NCBI GenBank assembly: GCA_963817955.1
Contig: CAWFQK010000002.1
Span: 928,001-992,000 of the forward strand
DNA length: 64,000 nucleotides
Source: an uncultured Gemmatimonadaceae bacterium
Lineage (GTDB): Bacteria; Gemmatimonadota; Gemmatimonadetes; Gemmatimonadales; Gemmatimonadaceae
Direction: 5' to 3'
Of this stretch, positions 8,815 to 20,030 are shown piece after piece. Below the pieces are notes generated by a model, which was given only the letters and a program-made list of their open reading frames with translations, was not told where the DNA came from and searched no databases. Position 1 is the first letter of the stretch, and every line of letters begins with the position of its first letter. Position numbers and translations under genes: made by a program.

Positions 8815-8865
8815 GATCCTCGTCGTCTCCGCTCAGGATGACAGGGCTCCGCTCAGGATGACAGG
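8815..8865 (-). repeat. Two GTCATCCTGAGCG REP-like motifs on the minus strand
   Basis: CGCTCAGGATGACA at 8830-8843 and 8850-8863. Confidence 0.85.
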
Positions 8866-8871
8866 CATTCG

Positions 8872-9726
8872 TTACGCGGCTGCCGCGGCGTAGATACCCG
8901 GCCGGCCCACGCCTGGCCGCTTGCGCATCATCATGATGGCCACGCCGACCACGGTGATTCCGATGGCGATCACTTGAGCGGTACTGAGACCCATCAGCAA
9001 GGGGAAACGATCGTCTTTGGCGCGGTAGAATTCGATGATGAAACGCTCAATCCCGGCCAGTAGGCAGTAGACCCCGAACAGCCAACCTTCGGCGTGCTTG
9101 TGGTCGCGCAGGCGCCAGAGGATGGCGAACATGATGAAGCCCATCAGCACTTCGAAGAGCTGGGTCGGGAACACGGCGATCAGGTCGTTCGGGTTCGTTC
9201 CCGCTGCAAACTGGACGTGGAAGTCCTTGTTCATGTAGTACGCCGTGGACGGGGGCGCGCCCTGTGGAAACACCACCGAGAGCGGCCCGGAGTACGGCCG
9301 GCCGTAATCGTCGCCAACGGCCCAACAGCCCGTTCGTCCAATGGAATAGCCCGCCGCGATCGCGATGCCGGCTACGTCGGCGAAACGCACGAATGACAGT
9401 TTCTTGTACCGAAGCGTGAGGCTGCACAGCGCCACCGACCCGATGAACCCGCCCCAGAACACGAATCCGCCGCGGCTCCACAGATCGCTGATGTTGTGCG
9501 AGATGATGGTCACGTAATACAACTTGGCACCGATCATCGTGCCGAGCAGGGCCGCGAATAACACATCGCTCACGGCCGCTGCCTCCTTGTCGTGGCCACG
9601 CCGCGCCAACTCGCGCTCGGAGATGATCTGGCCAATGAGGAACGCCATCAGCACGGCGAGGCCGAAGCCGGTGAGGCCGAAATACTGGAACGGATGATGA
9701 ACGATCGGCGTGGAAGCGAGTGTCAT
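8872..9726 (-). CDS. lgt: Prolipoprotein diacylglyceryl transferase
   Basis: GGFVFWGG, SIGRTGCWAVGDDYG, PTQLFE, RFIIEFYR motifs. Confidence 0.92.
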   Translation of the reverse strand: MTLASTPIVHHPFQYFGLTGFGLAVLMAFLIGQIISERELARRGHDKEAAAVSDVLFAALLGTMIGAKLYYVTIISHNISDLWSRGGFVFWGGFIGSVALCSLTLRYKKLSFVRFADVAGIAIAAGYSIGRTGCWAVGDDYGRPYSGPLSVVFPQGAPPSTAYYMNKDFHVQFAAGTNPNDLIAVFPTQLFEVLMGFIMFAILWRLRDHKHAEGWLFGVYCLLAGIERFIIEFYRAKDDRFPLLMGLSTAQVIAIGITVVGVAIMMMRKRPGVGRPGIYAAAAA

Positions 9727-10754
9727 GCTGCCGTGACTCCAGGAATGGGCTGAGTGGCGAATGCATTCAGGTCGAGCGGCGATCGTTCTCCGCGCTCGAG
9801 GTGAAACACGCCGGCACGCGCGATCATGGCCGCGTTATCGGTGGCAAGGCGCAGTGAGGGTGCGAACACCTTCACGCCTCGCGTGGTGAGCCGTTGGCGC
9901 AGGGCATTCGTCAACGTTGCGTTGCACGCGACGCCGCCACCGAGCACGACGCGAGTACGATCGAATTGGCGCGCGGCGCGCGTCGTCTTCTCCACGAGCG
10001 TGTCGATGAGCGCGTCCTGAAAGGCGCGCGCAATCGCAGCCCGATCCGGCTCGGGTTGCGCGGACTTCACCGCGTTGAGTACCGCGGTCTTGAGGCCGCT
10101 GAACGACACATCGTAGTAGTCGGGATCGGCGGGCGTCTGATTACGGTGCACCATGGGGCGCGAAAAGCGATATGGTTGGCCATCACTGGTCGCCGCGAGC
10201 CGCTCCACGTGCGGGCCCCCAGGATAGGGCAACCCGAGGAGCTTGGCAACCTTGTCGAACGCTTCGCCCGCCGCGTCGTCGCGCGTACGGCCGAGCAAGC
10301 GATAGCGCCCCCAGGCCTCCACATCGAGCAACAGCGTGTGGCCGCCCGACACGAGGAGTGCCGTGAATGGGGGCACCGCATCACGGTGCTCGAGCGCAGT
10401 GGCGAACAGATGTCCTTCCATGTGGTTGACGGCGATCGTTGGTATACCCCTCGCGAACGCAAATGCCTTCGCGAAGCTCACACCCACGAGCAGGGCACCC
10501 ACGAGCCCGGGTGCGTTCGTCACAGCCACGGCGTCGACCGATGTGGTTCCGGCGTCGGCAAGCGCACGCTCCACCACGGGAACGATGGCCGTGAGATGTG
10601 CGCGCGAGGCAATCTCCGGCACCACGCCCCCGAAAATGGAGTGGACGTCCTGAGACAGAATGACGAGAGAGCGCACGCTCACATCGTTTCCGCTGCCCTC
10701 CAGGACGGCCGCCGATGTCTCGTCGCACGAGGTTTCAATGCCGAGTACGCGCAT
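9723..10754 (-). CDS. tsaD: tRNA N6-threonylcarbamoyltransferase TsaD
   Basis: LGIETSCDET, GGVVPEIASRAH, NHMEGH, DDAAGEAFDK, TDNAAMIA. Confidence 0.97.
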   Translation of the reverse strand: MRVLGIETSCDETSAAVLEGSGNDVSVRSLVILSQDVHSIFGGVVPEIASRAHLTAIVPVVERALADAGTTSVDAVAVTNAPGLVGALLVGVSFAKAFAFARGIPTIAVNHMEGHLFATALEHRDAVPPFTALLVSGGHTLLLDVEAWGRYRLLGRTRDDAAGEAFDKVAKLLGLPYPGGPHVERLAATSDGQPYRFSRPMVHRNQTPADPDYYDVSFSGLKTAVLNAVKSAQPEPDRAAIARAFQDALIDTLVEKTTRAARQFDRTRVVLGGGVACNATLTNALRQRLTTRGVKVFAPSLRLATDNAAMIARAGVFHLERGERSPLDLNAFATQPIPGVTAA

Positions 10755-11449
10755 CAGCCGGACGGCAGGAGCTTGAGCTCGACCTTTACCTGCGACGGCC
10801 GCACGCGGACGCCGGCGCCGAGGGCTGCCCAGTCGATGTCCACCAGACGCTGCGCCGTATCGGGAAAGGGAATGGCCGTCCTGACCGTGCGAACCGATGG
10901 AATGTGCAGCACCCGACGGCGCGGACCGCTCACCTGCACGCTCTCCGGCTGAAAGCGCGTCTCGACCGGGCCCGGCAGATGCGGGCCGAGGATCTCGATC
11001 GCGGAACGGACAGGCACCATGTGGGACCAGGTGGGTTCGAAGTGCAGCGTGACGGTGCGCGGCTGCAGTTCGCGTACGACGGCATCCACTCCCTCCGGCA
11101 GGATGACGTCCGACGGACGGAGGTCCAGCACGAGTGTGTCCGGAGCATCCGCTGAGATCTGGCGGCGGATCACCGGCGGGTTGGTGCTCAACTTGATCAA
11201 CTCTTTCGGAGCGCCAGCGATGATCGCACGAAAATGCGGTATCGCATCGCGAAGCACGAGCGAACTATCCAGCACCGGCGTGAAGTGCACGTCCACCACC
11301 AGTTCCTGTGGCTCTTTCGCGTTCACCATGAACCACAACACTCCAGCGAGCAGGACCGCCGTCACCTTGAGACCGAGCCGATCGGTGAACGCCGCGAAGA
11401 GGCGGCGCTGGCGCGAGTCAGGTGGCCGCATCGCGGGTCGTCCGGGCAT
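10754..11449 (-). CDS. CdaR/YbbR-like domain membrane protein (start may be ~11431)
   Basis: N-terminal LKVTAVLLAGVLWFMV anchor; PESVQVSGP resembles a YbbR repeat. Confidence 0.75.
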   Translation of the reverse strand: MPGRPAMRPPDSRQRRLFAAFTDRLGLKVTAVLLAGVLWFMVNAKEPQELVVDVHFTPVLDSSLVLRDAIPHFRAIIAGAPKELIKLSTNPPVIRRQISADAPDTLVLDLRPSDVILPEGVDAVVRELQPRTVTLHFEPTWSHMVPVRSAIEILGPHLPGPVETRFQPESVQVSGPRRRVLHIPSVRTVRTAIPFPDTAQRLVDIDWAALGAGVRVRPSQVKVELKLLPSG

Positions 11450-11458
11450 TGGCGGAGG

Positions 11459-12037
11459 CTAGCGGTCGGCGGCGGCGGCGACGACGGGCCGCGGCGCCTG
11501 CAGGCCAAGCAGTTGCGCGATGAGTGCGCGGTTGCCCTGCGAGCTCCAATCGTCCGGCCCAATCCATTTCTTGCGAATGGTGCCTTCGGGTCCGATCACG
11601 AATGTCTCAGGATACCCAGACGTCTGGTAGATGCTTTCGATGGCGTGCGTCGAGTCGTGCAGGATCTCGAAGGTGAGTCCAAAGTTCTTCGCGAATGCGC
11701 GGATGGAGTCTTCGCCTACGTAGTCGTCGATGCTCACCGCCACGAGTTTCAGCCCGCTGTCGCCATACGCCTGGTACAGGCGCTCCAGGCTGGGTAGCTC
11801 GGCGCGGCAAGGCGGACACCACGTTGCCCAGACGTTGAGGAGCACGACCTTGCCCTTGTAGTCGCCCATCGTCCGATAGCGGTTCTCGCCGAGCACTTTC
11901 GCGCGAAAGTCCGGCGCGGTGGTGCCGATGTCGACCGGAAAGAGCTGGTCCTTCATGAGGCGCGATGCGGCAAACAAGGCAATGGCCAGCACGCCGACGA
12001 TGGCGCCAACCACGGTCCACTGTTGGCGCGCCGTCAT
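11459..12037 (-). CDS. TlpA/ResA family thiol-disulfide oxidoreductase
   Basis: N-terminal TM helix, LNVWATWCPPCRAE, GYPET; ATG overlaps the rpe stop. Confidence 0.92.
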   Translation of the reverse strand: MTARQQWTVVGAIVGVLAIALFAASRLMKDQLFPVDIGTTAPDFRAKVLGENRYRTMGDYKGKVVLLNVWATWCPPCRAELPSLERLYQAYGDSGLKLVAVSIDDYVGEDSIRAFAKNFGLTFEILHDSTHAIESIYQTSGYPETFVIGPEGTIRKKWIGPDDWSSQGNRALIAQLLGLQAPRPVVAAAADR

Positions 12038-12699
12038 ACGAATACCCCGCACTGCCCGCGCAGGTGGGCGATCTCGGCCATTGGGTCAGAGGCCGCGAAA
12101 ATCGCATGGCCGGCGACGAATGTGTCCGCGCCCGCGGACCAGATATCGTGAATCGTGTCGCGGCTCACGCCTCCGTCCACCTGGAGCGCCGCGTTGCTGC
12201 CGCCACTGTCGAGCAGCAAGCGTGCGCGGCGGATCTTGTCGACGGATTGCGTAATAAACTTCTGGCCGCCAAACCCCGGGTTCACCGACATGATCAAGAG
12301 AAGGTCGAGCTCGGGAATGACCTCACTCACGGCACTTAGCGTGGTTGCCGGATTCAGTGCTACCCCTGCACGGCAGCCGAGTTCGCGGATGCGCGTCAGT
12401 TGGCGGTGCAAGTGCGGCGCCACTTCGGCGTGAATGGTGAGCCCGTTTGCCCCGGCTGCGGCAAAATCGTCGAAGAACTTTTCCGGCTGCACCACCATGA
12501 GGTGCACGTCAATGAAGAGTGACGTGCACTTGCGCACCGTCTCGATGACCTTTGCACCATAGGTGAGATTCGGCACGAACTGGCCGTCCATGACGTCGAC
12601 GTGAATCCAGTCGGCACCGCCGGCTTCGCACATCGCGATCTCGTCACCTAACTTGGCGAAGTCCGCACTGAGGATTGACGGGGCAATGCGCACGGTCAT
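12034..12699 (-). CDS. rpe: Ribulose-phosphate 3-epimerase
   Basis: IAPSILSADF, HVDVMDGQFVPN, MSVNPGFGGQKF, VDGG. Confidence 0.97.
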   Translation of the reverse strand: MTVRIAPSILSADFAKLGDEIAMCEAGGADWIHVDVMDGQFVPNLTYGAKVIETVRKCTSLFIDVHLMVVQPEKFFDDFAAAGANGLTIHAEVAPHLHRQLTRIRELGCRAGVALNPATTLSAVSEVIPELDLLLIMSVNPGFGGQKFITQSVDKIRRARLLLDSGGSNAALQVDGGVSRDTIHDIWSAGADTFVAGHAIFAASDPMAEIAHLRGQCGVFV

Positions 12700-13259
12700 C
12701 TGGGACGTCCTGGTTCGGGGCTGACCTGCGTGACGCTGGGACCAGCGCTGATCACGAGCGACACCGAGCTCGGAATCGGGACCTTGGCGCCTGGCACCGG
12801 CTGACTGGAGACCACCTGGCCGCGCGGCGCGGCATCGGGCCGTTCCGACACTCTGCCCAGCTCGAAACCTGCTGCCTCGAGCGCCGTCTGCGCGTCCGCT
12901 TGCGACATCCCAATGATTTCCGGCACGGCGACAATCTGTTGACCGGCGCTCACCGCGAGGGTCACCACCGAGCCTTCGACCTCGCGTGTGCCGGCACGTG
13001 GATCCTGATCGAGTACGGTCTCTTTGGGCGAGCCACCCTGGTAGCGTGAATCGCCCCGCGCGGCTTTGAATCCCACTTCCGCCAGACGTTCGACTGCGTC
13101 GTCGAACAACAGACCGGTGACGTTCGGAACCTTTGCATCGCCCGGAATCACGCCTGATGGAAATACGACGAACGCGACGACGAGATATGCGAGGAGAAAT
13201 CCGCCGATGATCGTCACCGCGTAGGGCAACGAACGACGGAGCCGTGTGCGAACGCTCAC
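12696..13259 (-). CDS. PASTA domain-containing membrane protein
   Basis: TM helix followed by two PASTA repeats (VPNVTG..., VPEIIG...). Confidence 0.88.
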   Translation of the reverse strand: MSVRTRLRRSLPYAVTIIGGFLLAYLVVAFVVFPSGVIPGDAKVPNVTGLLFDDAVERLAEVGFKAARGDSRYQGGSPKETVLDQDPRAGTREVEGSVVTLAVSAGQQIVAVPEIIGMSQADAQTALEAAGFELGRVSERPDAAPRGQVVSSQPVPGAKVPIPSSVSLVISAGPSVTQVSPEPGRPR

Positions 13260-14626
13260 GCCGCGGGCCTTCGAAGACGCGCAGCAAAAGCACCGTCGGT
13301 ACCATGGCGCTGGGGTAGCACGCGCAACCGTCCGCCGTCGAGCACTGCGGCCGGAACCGCGCCATCGGGCGGTGGATCGAGGCGCCAGCCGGGATGTTCG
13401 GAGAGGAACCGATCAACCTGCTCGTCGTTCTCTTCGGGCTCGAGCGAGCAGGTGCTGTAGACGAGAAACCCGCCCGGCTTCACGACCTCCGCCGCCGCGT
13501 GAAGGATGGAGCGCTGCAGCGCGGACATCACGGCCAGATCGGAGACCTTGAGACGCCACCGCGCGTCGGGGTGCCGGCGGAATGTCCCGGTGCCCGTGCA
13601 CGGGACGTCGACGAGCACCAGGTCTACAGGCCGAATGGCCGGTGACCGCGCATCGGCGATGTAACTGTGCAGGGTCTCGACATCGAGACGTGTTGCGTTC
13701 TCGACCACACGGCGGAGCCGGGCAAATGAGAGATCGCTCGAGAACACGGAGCGAGCCGATCGCGCGAGCTCGACCGATTTTCCGCCCGGTGCCGCGCAGA
13801 GATCGGCGACGACGGCACCGGTGGGCACGCACGCGTACTGCGTGACGAGTGTCGAGGCCGGATCCTGCAGATGAAAGAGTCCTTGGCGAAACGCTCCAAG
13901 ATCGGTCAGCGACGACACCGGGCTGGACAGCACGATGCTATCGCGAGCGAGCGGCGCGTCAGAGGCATGGACGCCGGCTGCCTCGAGCATTGCCTCGAGT
14001 TGCTCGCGGACGACGTGGTAGGGGCGTGCAACGAGCGGCGCCTCGCGGTTGTTCGCCTCGAGCAACCGGCGCGTCTCGTCAACACCCCAGCGCTCTACCC
14101 AGCGCGCGACGATCCAGCGCGGATGCGATCCCTCGAGCGCCAGCGCGTCGATCGGGTCATTCGTGCGGGGTAGTTCGAGCGCGTCACGTTCGCGATCGAG
14201 ACGGCGTAGCACGGCGTTCGCGAGCTTGCTCGCACCAATGCCGTGTCGCCTCTTTGCGAGCTCCACGGTCTGGGCGATCGCCGCATACGCGGGCACGCTC
14301 TCCATCTGCAGGATCTGCGCGGCGCCGAGGCGAAGCAGGTCGAGGAGGTCGGCATCGAGTCGAACGATGCCACCGCGTACGCGTGCATCGAGGAACGCAT
14401 CGAGGCGGCTACGCCGGCGCAGCATTCCGTACACCAGCTCACGCGTCCAGCGGCGGTCGCGCGCGTCGAGGTGCGCCGTCCGACGGTCGAACGCGGGATC
14501 GAGCAGATCGCCGCCCCGCATGTCAGCACAGATGTCCGCCGCCGCGAGCCGCGCGTCGGTGATCCCGCCAATCCGATGAACCGCTACGCCGCCCGGTGAA
14601 CGGTGGTGCTGATCTGCTGCTGACAT
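13256..14626 (-). CDS. rsmB: 16S rRNA (cytosine967-C5)-methyltransferase RsmB
   Basis: NusB-like N-terminal domain, DLCAAPGGKS, DVPCTGTG, YSTCSLEPEEN. Confidence 0.93.
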   Translation of the reverse strand: MSAADQHHRSPGGVAVHRIGGITDARLAAADICADMRGGDLLDPAFDRRTAHLDARDRRWTRELVYGMLRRRSRLDAFLDARVRGGIVRLDADLLDLLRLGAAQILQMESVPAYAAIAQTVELAKRRHGIGASKLANAVLRRLDRERDALELPRTNDPIDALALEGSHPRWIVARWVERWGVDETRRLLEANNREAPLVARPYHVVREQLEAMLEAAGVHASDAPLARDSIVLSSPVSSLTDLGAFRQGLFHLQDPASTLVTQYACVPTGAVVADLCAAPGGKSVELARSARSVFSSDLSFARLRRVVENATRLDVETLHSYIADARSPAIRPVDLVLVDVPCTGTGTFRRHPDARWRLKVSDLAVMSALQRSILHAAAEVVKPGGFLVYSTCSLEPEENDEQVDRFLSEHPGWRLDPPPDGAVPAAVLDGGRLRVLPQRHGTDGAFAARLRRPAA

Positions 14627-14631
14627 ACCAA

Positions 14632-15564
14632 CTAAGATAGCCGTCCCCCGAGGACGATGCCGCGCCCGCGCGCCCACTCCTGCGGAGTGATGCGTCGCTT
14701 TCCCGACGGATGGACGCCGGACACGTGCACTACACCATCGCCGCAGGCGACCGTCATGCCCGCGGCGTTGATGTCGAGCACTTCGCCAGGCGCTCCGCGC
14801 GCATCGGTGTCCAGGGCTCGCGCGCCAAACAGCTTGACTTCACCAGACGTCGCCTGCGCAACAGCCCCGGGACGAGGGTCGTATGCCCTGATGACGCGCG
14901 ACACCGTACGCGCATCGGCCGTCCAGTCAATGCGCGTCATCGCGCGATTCACCTTCGGTGCGTAGGTCGCGTCGGCGTCTTGCTGCGGCGTGTCGACAGC
15001 CCGGCCGAGGTCGATCAGCGCGAGTGCCTCGATGAGCGCGAGCGCGCCCATTTCGGCGAGCCGGAGCTGCAGCTCACCGTAGGTCTCGTCGTCGAGAATA
15101 GGCGTGCGCACCTGCACGATGGACGGGCCCGCGTCGAGCGCCTGCACCATCCGCATGATCGTCACGCCGGTCTCGGCGTGTCCCTCGCGAATGGCTGCCT
15201 GGATTGGCGCCGCACCGCGCAGCTTAGGAAGCAGCGATGCGTGAATGTTGATCGTGCCCTTTCGCGGCAGATCGATGACGTCGGACGGCAAGATGTGACC
15301 GTACGCTACGACGACGGAAATGTCGGGATCGAGCGCGCGCAGCTCCGCAATGAATTCGGCGCCGCGCGGCCGTTCCGGCTGGAGCACCTGGATCGATTCC
15401 TCGAGTGCGATGCGTTTGATCGGCGGCGGCTCGACGGTGGAGCGCGAGCGTCCTACGGGCTTGTCTGGTTGCGTCACCACCCCGACAACGTCGAAGCCCT
15501 CGCCGATCAACGCGCGTAGCGGCGGCGTTGCGAATTCGGGCGTGCCCCAGAAGAGCACGCGCAT
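14632..15564 (-). CDS. fmt: Methionyl-tRNA formyltransferase
   Basis: FWGTPEFA, VVTQPDKP, NIHASLLPKLRGAAPIQ. Confidence 0.97.
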   Translation of the reverse strand: MRVLFWGTPEFATPPLRALIGEGFDVVGVVTQPDKPVGRSRSTVEPPPIKRIALEESIQVLQPERPRGAEFIAELRALDPDISVVVAYGHILPSDVIDLPRKGTINIHASLLPKLRGAAPIQAAIREGHAETGVTIMRMVQALDAGPSIVQVRTPILDDETYGELQLRLAEMGALALIEALALIDLGRAVDTPQQDADATYAPKVNRAMTRIDWTADARTVSRVIRAYDPRPGAVAQATSGEVKLFGARALDTDARGAPGEVLDINAAGMTVACGDGVVHVSGVHPSGKRRITPQEWARGRGIVLGGRLS

Positions 15565-16118
15565 CTAGAGTTCCTCGCCAGGATGCTCGTGGCTGCTCGT
15601 GGGGTCGGTGGAGAGCTTCCGGATGAAGCCCGGATATTTGTCCTTCTCCTTGGCCCATTTCGCCGTGACCGCACGGCGTTTGAGCACACTGAGATAGTCA
15701 ATGAACAGCTTGCCATCGAGATGGTCGATCTCGTGCTGCAGACAGCGCGCGAACAATTCGTCGGCCTCCACCTCGAATAGTTCGCCGTCCACGTTGGTGG
15801 CGCGCACGCGGACCTTGGCCGGACGCTCGACGTCGCCGTAGATGTCTGGAATGGACAGACACCCTTCCTCGCCCTTGGCCTTTCCCTCGCGGTAGAGCAC
15901 CTCGGGGTTGATGATCACGAGCGGGTTGTCGTTCACGTCGACCACGGCCATGCGCTCGGTCCGGCCGACCTGCGGCGCGGCGAGGCCGATTCCCTTGGCG
16001 AGATACATCGTCTCGAACAGGTCCCTGGCCAACCGGCGGAGGTCGTCGGTCACCTGCGCGACGGCCGTCGTCTCCTGTCGAAGGATTGGGTCGCCGAGGA
16101 CCCGGATGTCCAGAATGC

Positions 16119-16122
<4 letters not shown>
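15565..16122 (-). CDS. def: Peptide deformylase
   Basis: GIGLAAPQVG, EGCLS, QHEIDHLDG. Confidence 0.97.
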
Positions 16123-17719
<1,597 letters not shown>

Positions 17720-17732
17720 TGAGTCGTCAGGC

Positions 17733-18767
17733 CTAGAGAATCGCCATCGCGTCGCCATAGGAGTAGAACCGGTACCCCTCCGTTACGGCGGTGCGATAGG
17801 CGTGCATGGTCAAGTCGTATCCGGCAAATGCCGCGACCAGCATGATCAGGGTCGATCGCGGCAAATGGAAGTTCGTGACGATGTGATCCACTGCGCGGAA
17901 GCGATACGGCGGTCGGAGAAAAATGCGAGTCTCGCCCTCTCCCGCGCGAATCACACCGTCGTCGTCCGCCGTCGTTTCGAGGGTGCGGACACTGGTCGTG
18001 CCCACTGCCCAGACCTTTCCGCCAGCGGAGCGCCGCTCATTGATCACGCGTGCCGTATCCGGAGCGACTGAGTACCACTCCTCGTGCATCACGTGCTGCG
18101 ACGGATCATCCACCTCGACAGGCTTGAACGTGCCAGCCCCCACGTGCAGCAGCACCTCAGCGCGGGCCACACCTTTCGCCTGTAGCCGAGCGAGGAGGTC
18201 CGGCGTGAAATGCAGACCTGCGGTCGGCGCCGCGACAGACCCCGCTTCGCGCGCGAACACGGTCTGATATCGCTCGGCATCGGATGGCGCGTCAGGACGC
18301 TCGATGTAGGGCGGCAGCGGAATATGCCCATATCGCTCGATGGCTTCGTCCAGGGGTATATCGCTCTCGAGTGCGACGATGCGCGTCCGCCGTTCGGTGA
18401 TGGCGAGGATCTCTGCGCCAAAATTCGGCGCGATGTCCACGCGACGACCGGGCTTCAGCTTGCCGCCAGGCGACACCATCGCTTCGTACCGTCCGTTGCC
18501 GAGGGCTTTGAGCAGCAGCAGTTCGGCCGGGGCACCAGACGCACGAGTTCCGAGCAGGCGGGCACGCATGACGCGCGTGCGGTTCACGACGACGACGTCG
18601 GCCGGCTCGATCAGATCGATGATATCGGCGAACCCACGATGCTCGATCGCGCCCGTGTCCCGATGGACGACCATGATCCGAGAAGCGTCGCGGCGCTCGA
18701 GCGGACGTTGGGCGATCTGCGATTCAGGAAGCTCGAATTCGTACTGCGAGGTGCGGTCGCCGTTCAC
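17733..18767 (-). CDS. queA: S-adenosylmethionine:tRNA ribosyltransferase-isomerase QueA
   Basis: ELPESQIAQRP, PLPPYI, SVAAPTAGLHF, TNFHLPRSTL, YRFYSYGDAM. Confidence 0.96.
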   Translation of the reverse strand: MNGDRTSQYEFELPESQIAQRPLERRDASRIMVVHRDTGAIEHRGFADIIDLIEPADVVVVNRTRVMRARLLGTRASGAPAELLLLKALGNGRYEAMVSPGGKLKPGRRVDIAPNFGAEILAITERRTRIVALESDIPLDEAIERYGHIPLPPYIERPDAPSDAERYQTVFAREAGSVAAPTAGLHFTPDLLARLQAKGVARAEVLLHVGAGTFKPVEVDDPSQHVMHEEWYSVAPDTARVINERRSAGGKVWAVGTTSVRTLETTADDDGVIRAGEGETRIFLRPPYRFRAVDHIVTNFHLPRSTLIMLVAAFAGYDLTMHAYRTAVTEGYRFYSYGDAMAIL

Positions 18768-18804
18768 GAACGAAAGGTAGCGATGGGAGGGGGAGCAACG
18801 GTCG

Positions 18805-19830
18805 CTAAAACAACGTTTCCTGTTCCGCTGGCGTGCGCGGCGTGAATCCGAAGTGCCTGTACGCCTGCGGCGTTGCCATGCGGCCGCGCGGTGTGCGCTG
18901 CAGGAAACCGTGCTGGACAAGGAACGGCTCGTAGACCTCTTCGATGGTGTTCGCGTCTTCACCGATCGCGGCGCCAATCGTGCTCAGACCCACGGGGCCG
19001 CCGTCGAATTTCTCAATGATGGTCTTGATGATGCGCGCGTCCATGTCGTCGAGACCAAAGGTGTCGACGTCGAGCATCGCCAACGCCTGGTCGGCCACGT
19101 CGCGTGTGATGACGCCGTCACCCTTCACCTGCGCGAAGTCGCGCACGCGCCTCAGCAGACGGTTGGCGACGCGCGGCGTGCCACGCGCGCGACGCGCGAT
19201 CTCACTGGCACCATCGCGGTCCACCTCCACTTTCATGACTTCGGCCGTGCGGCGAACGATGAGCTCGAGATCCTCGGCTGGGTAGAAATTCAACCGCTGC
19301 TCAATGCCAAAACGTGCACGCATTGGTGCGGTGAGCATGCCCAGGCGAGTCGTGGCGCCGATGAGCGTGAACGGCTCGATTGGCATGGTGATGGTGTGCG
19401 CCTTGGGGCCGTCGGACAAACGAATCTCGATCTTGTAGTCCTCCATGGCCGGATAGAGGAACTCTTCAATGATGGGACGCAGCCGATGGATCTCGTCGAT
19501 GAAAAGAATGTCGCCGCGGCGCATGTTGGTGAGCGTCCCGACCAGGTCGCCAGGCTTTTCGAGGGCCGGGCCGGAACTCGTATGGATGTTCACGCCGAAC
19601 TCCCGCGCGATCAACTCGGCAAGCGTCGTCTTCCCGAGGCCGGGCGGCCCGAAGAACAGGGTGTGGTCGAGCGGCTCGCGACGCGCCATCGCGGCATCTA
19701 TGTAGATGCGTAGGCTGTCCTTCACCTTTTGCTGGCCGATGAACTCGGCCAGCCGTTGCGGGCGAAGGGACAATTCGACGACGGACTCGTCGCCGAGCAC
19801 TTCGGGTGTCGTGATCTCGGCTCGCGACAT
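18805..19830 (-). CDS. ruvB: Holliday junction branch migration DNA helicase RuvB
   Basis: [35 protein letters not shown]. Confidence 0.97.
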   Translation of the reverse strand: MSRAEITTPEVLGDESVVELSLRPQRLAEFIGQQKVKDSLRIYIDAAMARREPLDHTLFFGPPGLGKTTLAELIAREFGVNIHTSSGPALEKPGDLVGTLTNMRRGDILFIDEIHRLRPIIEEFLYPAMEDYKIEIRLSDGPKAHTITMPIEPFTLIGATTRLGMLTAPMRARFGIEQRLNFYPAEDLELIVRRTAEVMKVEVDRDGASEIARRARGTPRVANRLLRRVRDFAQVKGDGVITRDVADQALAMLDVDTFGLDDMDARIIKTIIEKFDGGPVGLSTIGAAIGEDANTIEEVYEPFLVQHGFLQRTPRGRMATPQAYRHFGFTPRTPAEQETLF

Positions 19831-19941
19831 TGCTACACGCTACTCGGCGGGGATGGTTCAGCCAAACGCCACGATAGGTGACATTGAAATATACCCCGAA
19901 TAGACGCCGAACGACAATATGAAACGAGTTCGCAATTATCG

Positions 19942-19970
19942 TTGAGTATGCGTGCGCCGATACTTATGAT
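19942..19970 (+). promoter_or_regulatory. Putative sigma70 promoter TTGAGT-N17-TATGAT
   Basis: AT-rich intergenic region upstream of the lipoprotein gene. Confidence 0.5.
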
Positions 19971-20030
19971 GATCTCGCTGCTTGTCGTAGCAAGTCCCCC
20001 CTGACAAGCGCATCCACCGCCCTTCCACCA

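Noticed and set aside
12700..13416. Long N-terminal extensions in the ORF track (rpe from 13416, HAD from 4634, glcE from 56869, DAGK from 54519, kinase from 25056, queA from 18977)
   Set aside because: They overlap upstream genes or promoter regions; the conserved domains begin at downstream starts with stop/start overlaps or an RBS.
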